DNA of 64,000 nt from Candidatus Omnitrophota bacterium (GTDB lineage: Bacteria; Omnitrophota; Omnitrophia; Omnitrophales; Aquincolibacteriaceae), in contig JAKLIQ010000006.1 of assembly GCA_022709525.1 (NCBI GenBank), positions 2,708-66,707 of the forward strand, read 5' to 3'. The notes below the pieces were generated by a model. It was given only the letters and a program-made list of their open reading frames with translations. It was not told where the DNA came from and did no database searches. Positions 9,201-18,200 of this stretch are shown here, in pieces. The translations under genes and the position numbers were made by a program. Position 1 is the first letter of the stretch; every line of letters starts with the position of its first letter.

Positions 9201-12200
9201 CTTCAGGGTTTTGAGGAAACGGATCTTCGCGACGCAAAGGTTTTGGTCAAGAAAAGATCTGACGGAATGGTTTACAATGTCACGCTTCCTTCCGAATTTT
9301 CGCAGCCCTTTGACGCTTTAGACACGCTTCTTAAAGAGATCGAGATATTAGAAGTTTCCCAGATCAGCCACATCGAAGTTGAAAGCCGCGCGTACATCCT
9401 GAAACACTTACTTGCCATAGCCCGGGGGTATGACCAGGAAGCCGCCCAAAAGGCCGGTGCGTTGCTCCGAAGACTCAATAAGCCCCATTCAGCCGCCGCC
9501 GCGATGGAAGAAGCCAAAAAACTTATTTCATCGTCTCGATCCGAAGCAAGAGCCGCCGGAACCGAAGAGAATCCCGCTTTTGAAAAGATCAGAAAGGCCG
9601 TCGTGGAGCTTGCTTTCGAATTGGCCCAAAAGCCGTGGTACAAGGTCCCCAAGGCCGGAGAAGATTTTGACGCGATGGTCAGGATCTTGTCGGAGCACAA
9701 CCAGAAAAGGATCCTCGGGATCGTCGCCTCAAGGATCGAACAATTCGCCGGCGAGATCAGAAGGTCCATGAAAGACGGTTCCACCTGGAAAATGCTCCGA
9801 AGCCGCTATGAGACGGCGCTTGACGCGTCGCGGAAGGTTTCCGGGGCCCCGTCCTCTCTTGAGGAACTTATCACGGAAATGCCTTTTGTTTTTGTGGACC
9901 GTATCGTCCAATTCGGGAAGGCACAAAGGCCTCTCGAAGAAAGATTGGCGCAGGCCGTAGAAGCGCTTGCTGAGATCCAGCGGGGTTCTTACGGATTGGA
10001 GAACGCAAAGACGGCGCATGAGCTCGAAACCAGACTCAGCCGCCGCGGCAGCGAGAGATTTATGGATGTCCTGGAAAGCGCGGAAGATTTCTCTCGCGCC
10101 GTCTTATCCCAGCGCTCCGAAGTCCGCGACAACACCAATACCATTGACGGCTATACGGTCGTCAGCCGCCAACTTGAAGCCGGCCTTGACCGCAGCATTC
10201 TTGAAGCTCTTAACAAAAAACTAAGCCGCCGGTTCCCTAATCTGGGGCATATGATCCGTCGTTATGTGGGGCTTGTCGCCGAAACAACGCTGACGGGCGG
10301 GTTGGGCGCGTTGATGCATGACCTTTTTCCGGCATGGGGGAAGAATTTTGGCTCCCAGGAAAAACGCGAAAAGGACCTTGTGGCGATCAATGTTGTTTAT
10401 GAAAGCATCAAAGGGCAGCGGTATGCGAAGTATTTGCCGGCGGAGATCCAGGAGGGAAGAAAAACGCTCGGGGATTACCTGCGCGGCGTTCTCAAATCCG
10501 ATAAAAGTCTCAGTCTTTCTTTTGAGCTCGAAATAGGGGACGATTTTAGAAGGAAGGCCGCCGACGAAGAGCGTTTTGCCGCCTCGTATGGCAGCGCCGA
10601 ATACCGTGTTTTCGCCCATAAAGCCAAACAGATCATCGGACAAAAGATCTATGTGGAGGTCTATCCGACCGAAACGCATTTTGGCCGTGTTCCCAACTAC
10701 TATGTGGACGCCTATTTTATTGACAACGAAGGCGAAAAAATCAGCATTTTTGACGAGGTCTATCCCGACGCGCCGCATGGGCACCCTAATTTGTGGCGCG
10801 ATGTCCATATGGCCGTTTACAGTTTGGCAAGCCAGCATCTCCTGGAAAAGCTTCGCAGGAAAGGCGTTGTTAAGAGCAAATTCCTTTTTGTGGATAACGA
10901 AGTTTTTGTCAGCACGCCCACGCCCCTTTTCCCCGACGCGATCCATCATCACGTCAACCACACGGTTTTCCGTCCCGGGCTTTACATGCCGGATGAAGCT
11001 TCCTATGAAATGCTCGGATTCCCGGAGGTGCAGCGCAAATACATCGTCAAGGACGGGAAGATCAACATCATTGATGCCGTCGGGATCTCTTCCCATCTGA
11101 TCACCGGGGTCGCCTTGTATGAACACACACCGGTCCTGGCCAAAGACATCATGGCGGCCCATGTCCATAAACTCGAAAGTTACAACAAAGAAGGCGTCCG
11201 CAACACCAACGGGGTTTATCTCGAACAGTGGCAATCGCCCCTTTTGACGGATCTGATCAGCCAGTACAAAGCAAAGATCGGCTTGGAGCCGGAGGATTCC
11301 AACCAGGCGTTCTATCGAGAGATCCAGAAAACCACCCACGCGAGGATCCTGGAAGAATTCGAAGAGAAAGCGGAATTCATCAAGGCGGTCCATGCGGCCG
11401 AACTCCTGCTTTGGCTTAAGGAAGACCAGAATTATTCTCTTTGGTTCGATGAGATGCTCGAAGCGTTTCAGGGCCAGCGCGGCGTTGCGGGCGGGGAATG
11501 GCATCTTGATATCGCTGACGCGGGGAAATTCGTCGAAGGGTTCCGGCAAGCCGTTCAAGATGCCGTCATAGACCCGGCGGGGTGGCAGCACTTCAAGGCG
11601 GGCCCCATGTTCTTCCTGAAAGAACTCCTCTTGCGGGAGCCCATCATTTCCAATGTCCGTCGACAGGTTTCTTATAAAGGGCCGGATAAATGGCTTGAGA
11701 TCTTAAGAAAACTGCAGCGCGATCCTCACGCCTTGGCTCAGTTCAAAGAAAATGCTCCCCGCGTTATTCTGGGCGGACGCGAATTTGGCGAAGAGGCGCA
11801 CGGCATGTTTTTAGAGATCCAAGGCCTCATCAGAGCCCTTGGGTTGCAAGACCGTTTCGCGACCGTCGACGACTACAATAACTACATTGCCCCGATCATT
11901 TTCCAGGGCGTTTCCGGCTCCGTGATGCTTTCCGACGAATTCCTGGAAGCTTCCGCGACCAGCATGATGAAGGCGATTGCGAACGGGGCGGCTCTGATCG
12001 GGGTTTGGGGCGGAGCGGATCCCGAGATCTTCACGATCGTTGATCATAAAACAAAACGCGAGCTGGATGTTTTTAAAGACCATGTCACCCATGACGAACT
12101 CGTTAAAAATCTAAGAACCGGCGCATGGAAGATCACGAACGGTTTTCTGATCGAATATAGCTCTCAAGAGAACAGCACGCAGCCGGGAGGGGGAAGGCGT

Positions 12201-15200
12201 CCGTCCGCCGATTCGCTTCTTCGCGCTCTTTTAGACCTGAACGAGCAATACCAGGATCCGGAAGCGAGGCGCCGGCTTCAATTCAATACGCTCGCATCTT
12301 CTTTAAAGGTCGATATGGCCGAAGGGCAAGCGCTGGCCCACAAAATGTTGTGGGAAGAGGCGATCAGGATCCTTCAGGAAGAGGACAAGGTTTTTGAAGG
12401 GCTGAAGATCTCCCAAGAGGACTCGGAGGCCCTTCTTTCCCGCTCGATCCGCGGCCAAGGTATTGTGGATTTTATCGAGGAATTCCGTTATCTGCGCATG
12501 AAGGGCCGTGAAAGTTACGACCGGGTCGCTTTTTACGCGACACAGGGGCTTCAAGGGAGCATTTTTGGTTTTCTCAATGAATTTTTTAAAGATTTTGACC
12601 ACACGCTCGAACCTGTCATCCGCAAGATCCATGAACTTTCCGTTCGCGCCGAAACCACGACCAACCTTCAGGAGAAAGTCATCGCCAATCTGGAAGCTCT
12701 GGAGATCGTGGAGCGGCTCACGGTGGAAGTTTCCGTCGCTCTTTTTGAGCATTATGTGCTTTCCGGGGATAAGGCGCTCGAACCGTATCTTGCCAAGCCG
12801 ATCATTCGCGAGAATCTGGCCCGCTATTTCGATGAACACGCAGTCGCGCTTGAATCGATCGCTAAAAAGATCCCGGGTTATACCGTTTCAATAGGCGATA
12901 AAAATTACCTCGTGGCACTAAATCTCGGCGAATTCAGTTACGTTGGCCCTTCGGGAGAAAAAGCGCGGGGCGATTTTTACGGCGAAGAAGGCATTAAGGC
13001 CCTTATTGGGGAAGAAGCGGCCAAAAACGATGCGAGCATTTTCCAGCTTGTGGATGCGATCACAGATCAGCGTTACGGCACTTATCCCGTCTGGAAGATG
13101 ATGGAAAGATTTCCGATCGGCGTGCCTTATCCCGGGGTTCAAGTTCTTCGCGTCGAAGATACAGGCCAGCAGTCGGAAGAAAAAGAAACAAGGCTTCGCA
13201 ACGACATTCTGCATTATCTCGAAGCCCTGGCCAACAATCGCCTGGTGAGCGATGGAAAACCGATCACTCAGTTGCTGCTCCAGAAGATCCAGACGGTTGT
13301 GGAGGATCCGGCCAAGCTTTCCAAAATGCTCAAGGTCGTGGCTAACCTCTCTCGCGAAGAGGCCATTGTCAAGTTTACCCGGGGCGGCGTTCCCGCAGTC
13401 ATGGCTTTTATCGCTATTTTGTCGCCGGAACTGCTTGAAGATGTCAAACATTGGAATCCCGATGTTTATAAAAAACTAAATGCGGTGATCCAAGATCCCG
13501 CGTTTGAAAAGAACTTCAAAGAAGGGAAGATCTGGTTCCATAAGGTGGACCGCGACAGCGCCCTTGTCATTTCAAGGAACCTGCCCGGACAGGATATCCC
13601 GCCCGTGATCGTCCCGATCCATTTCCCGGACAGGCCTTACCGCGCCGATGACGGAAAAGCCTGGTTCAGGTTGCTTGATGTGCGGAATTTAGGCGTTGAG
13701 AACTCTGACAAGATCGAATATCAAGTTTATGACGCCATCCTTCAAAAGGCTTATGAGCCGAAAACCGGCGCCAAGCTTCATAGCGAAAAATGGCATTTAG
13801 GCGTTCCCGTTGAGGGCGCGGGGTACCGGTTTCAAATCCTACAGGTCCAACTCGTCAGCGCCGCCCGTTCGGAAACCCGCGGAGTAAGCAATGAAGAAAC
13901 CGAGGAATGGACAAAACATATCAATGACTGGATTAAGCATACCCCTGAAAAAGTACTTATTTTGGGGCTGGGGTTTGTGGGTCTTACAAAGCTTGTACTC
14001 GGAGTGACGGATCATGGATGGGATGCTGTCGGCCTGGAAATCGTTCCCTCCAAAGCGAACATGATCTCGCAAGGCGGAATGCCTTTTTTTGCGGACATGA
14101 TGGAGCCGGAGTATGATAAGGAAGGGAAAATGAAAGATCCAGGCCTGCTTCAAACCGCCATCGAAAGCGGAAGATTTCATGTTACCTCAAGCTACGACGA
14201 AGCTCTGAAAGACCCCGAGAGAGACATTATTTTTCTCGCCGTTCAAACCCCTCAAAGCAACGATGGACGGGCGGATACATTTTATCTTGAATACGCCGTG
14301 CGAGAAGTCGCGCGAAGGACTTTCAGTTATCCCAGAATCATTGTAGGGAAAAGTACGGCACCTCCCAAAACTACCGTGGAAAAACTCAGAATCTCTGTAG
14401 AGGAAGCTCGCGCAGAGAGAATGCAGGAAGTTTTCATCAAACAGCTTCATGACGCATCAATGCAGACAGAAAGATCCGGGGACGAGGCAATCTTCAAATT
14501 AGTACAAGGCTTTCTTTCGGAACAGCTTATAAAACAAAAAATGGTTTTAGATTCCGAAAAATCTTACCTGGAAGCAGTAAGCCGGGAAGACTGGGCGGGC
14601 GACGTCAGACGAACAGAAAAAAAATTAAGAACAATTCATAGGGATAATCCTGAAAATATTAAGACGACCCTTGATTTACTTCGCGAGACAATCGGAGAGG
14701 GGAAATTTAATTCTCTTTTCAACAGCAAGGAAATTTTAGACCAAACAATCCCCATTGAATTTGCTTGGGAACCGGAATTTTTACGTGAAGGAAAAGAGGT
14801 CGTCGACGATCGTGGAGAAGCCGGGCGCATAGTGATCGGAGCCGAAAACCTTAAGGCGGCGCAAAAGGTCAAAGCCCTCTACGAACATTATAACCCCAAT
14901 CTGAATCCCCCTCGTCAGCAAGTTCCTATTGTTATCACAGATCTTGCAAGCGCTCAAACCGTCAAGTATGCCGCTAATACTTACCGCGCGATAAAAATAT
15001 CTTTCATTAATTATATCGGCTGGCTTTGTCAGGTGATGGGTTACGATGTGAATAAGATAGCAGATATTATAGGAATAGAAGGCAATGTTCGAAGGGCGTT
15101 TTTAAATGCAAGTCTTGGTTTTGGCGGATCGTGTTTTCCTAAAGATTTGGCGGCTTTTGTTAAATTATGTAGGGAGCTTGGCCTTTTACCCAATTTGGTA

Positions 15201-18200
15201 TTAGACGCTCTTGCGGTCAATGAAGTTCAGATAAGGAGGTTCGTGAATTTAATTGTCAAACAATTAGACGGCGTCAAAGATAAAACCATTGTTGTGCTTG
15301 GCGGTGCTTTTAAACCCGAAACGAGCGATACGCGAGATTCCAGAGCCGTTCGCGTCATGCAGGATCTGTTGCAAAAAGGAGCCAAGATCAGGGTTGTAGA
15401 TCCTAAAGCTATACCGGAGCTTCAAAGAATGTTTAAGGCGTATCCCCCCGGAGTCATTGAATACTTCGAGAATTTAGATGATTTTGAAAACGTCTTTAAA
15501 GAAGCAGACGGCATTGTACTCGCTACAGAGTGGGAAATATTTAGAGATAAAAGAATAGATCCTAAAAATGGAAAAATGGATTTTGAAAAAATAGCGGCAC
15601 TTTTTACTCATAGACAGTCACTTCCTCATATTTTTGACGGCCGAAACTTATTTGAAAGAAAAGCAGTTAAAGAATTTGGCTTTTCGTATATTGATATTGG
15701 ACGCGCCGAATTACTTAAATCAGACAAAGAACATGTCGCATTTGCAAAACAAGTCAAAGAAGTTTTTCTGGCAGGGAGAGTTTCTCATATCAATGATGTC
15801 GCAGAACTTGCAGAGAAAACCGGAGCCAACGCCTTGGATATCCGAAAAGGATTTGGGTTAGATCCCGTCGTCGGAGAGAGCTATTTAGATCCCGGCATTG
15901 GTTGGGGCGGTCATGACCTTGTGAATTCGCTCCGAGCTCTTGAGAAGCAATCTTGGGATAATATTAAAGATTTGTTGGATGAATATCGCGAAGCCAGGAA
16001 AGATTTTATGAAGCAGTTTGGTTTTAGCGAAAATGAGTTTCCTGATGACGAAAACAGAGTTCCTTTCGTAACAGCTAGCCGCGAAATCAACAAAAAGCAG
16101 ATCGGACTTTATTTAAATAAGGTCAAAACTATTTTAGGCCCTGATCTTAACGGAAAGGACATAACGCTCATCGGTTTGGCCTATAAGATCGGCACTTATT
16201 CTCTCGAAGAATCGCCTTCTATTCATCTCATCGAGGCTCTTTTGCAAGAAGGGGCGATCGTTCATATTGCGGATGAAAATCTTGCTGCTACCGCCAATAC
16301 GAAGGATTATTTTAGCAGATTTCAACACGGAAAATTCGTAGAAAATATTCGCCTTTATAACAATCTTTCCGACGCAATTGTCAATGGGAAGGATTTGCAA
16401 GTTTTAGTGAATCTTTCAGAACGCTACTCTGAAGAATCAGAATGGGCAAAACTCGGATTAAAGAAAGTTTTAGACGCCAGACATTTTTTTAATGATCCGG
16501 TTTCTCTTAAAAAGACGGGTATCAGTTATTTTGCTTTAGGGATACCCGAGGTGAGTTTAGCTGAGGAAGAAGTGTTGAGGCAAAGGGAAATGGAAAGTCG
16601 CGCTGTTCTGAGCCAAATGCAAAAAGCGATTGTCTTTTATAAAGACAAAGTTATGATCGAAGAAAGGGAAGATGAAACATATAAAGTTACCGCATTTGTA
16701 AAAATAGAGGATTCCTGGCTACAAAGAGCCGATTTTTATATTTTTTATGGACCTTATCCCCATGAGCGTCAAACTTTTGATTGGTATGCCCAAGAAGTTT
16801 TGGGCGGGAACATTCGAAAGATAGAACAAACACCCGATTTTTATCAGATCAAACTTATTATCTCACCTAAGAACAATTTTCCAGCTGTTGAGGGGAGGTA
16901 CGGCCTTACCCTTTTTGCCGTTCCTAAAACCATGGCAGAAACGGATCCGGGTTTTCGAAAAGTTCGGTTATGGGCCGCTAAGCCTTTTGACGACACTCCC
17001 TTTATCGTACGTCGTACCGAGCGTTCGGAGCTGCGCAGTCCCGTGGAGGATTTCAGGGCGGAGATCGAAGCGGGCAAAGTCACATTCATCATGTTCAAAG
17101 AAGACGCAGTGAGGGGCCGGAACGAAGAGGGATTGATGGTTCCTCAAATGCTCGAGCGGCTTAGAGACCACGGGTTTGAATTGGTGTATCTTGGCGCTCA
17201 GACCGAATTTACTCAGGAACAGGCCCGGGAGTTTTACGCGGTGCATCAGGGCAAGTGGTTTTATGAACCGTTGGTCCAATACATTACTTCAGGGCCCGCT
17301 ATCCCCGCGTTGGTACGGTATCATGGAGAAGGCCCGGCGGTTCAGGCGATCCGCAGCATTCTGCCGTCGTTGCGCCAGGAGTTCGGGATCGAGAAGGGGG
17401 ATCCGGAGCTCAAAAAAGTTGAACGCAACAAGATCCACGCTTCCGATTCACCCGAGAACGTGTTCTATGAAGGCGCGATCGCTTTCCGCTCCGAGCTCCG
17501 GACGCTGGATGTCGAGGCGCTCGTTGCAACGATCGCCGAACCGGTCTCCGCGATCGATCTTTTCAAGAAAATAGGGCAAAATTCCGCCTTAAGGCAGATC
17601 CGCGCTCTGAAAGAACAAATCATCAAGGCATCTTCCGAGTTCAATCAATCCAAACGCCAGGCCGAAGAAGTCCAGGAGATCGGCGATCTGGGGCTCAAGA
17701 TCGCAAAGCTTCTTTCCCAGGAAAATTATTCTCCCGAAAAGACCCAAGGGATCCTTCAAAAGGCGGTTTCAGAACTTTCTGAGGCGTTGGGGCTTATTCT
17801 TAGATTGCTGACTTACGCGGCAACGGCTAACACCAAAAGTATCCAGCCGTCGGTTTCCGTTGAAGCTCAAAAAATGGTCAAGAAGATCGAAGCGGCGATG
17901 GAGCGGCCTGCGCGCGAAAAGAAAGCTACGGAAACGGCGTCTCCCCGTTCCGAACTGCGGAACGTCGCGGCGCTGATCGCGACAGGAGTTGAGGTCAGGA
18001 CGCCCGAGGAATTCTTCCGGCGCAATCTCGAACAGGGCGGCGGCCATGAACAGGGCGTCCGGAGCGTTACGGAAAAGGTCATGGATGGGATCTATTCGCT
18101 TCTGGCTCATAGCTTTGATGCCGCAAAAGTCATTTCCTCCGCTTTCTTTCCGGAAGCTTATGCTCAAGAGATGTTAACCATGGCTTCCAAGCCCGAAATG

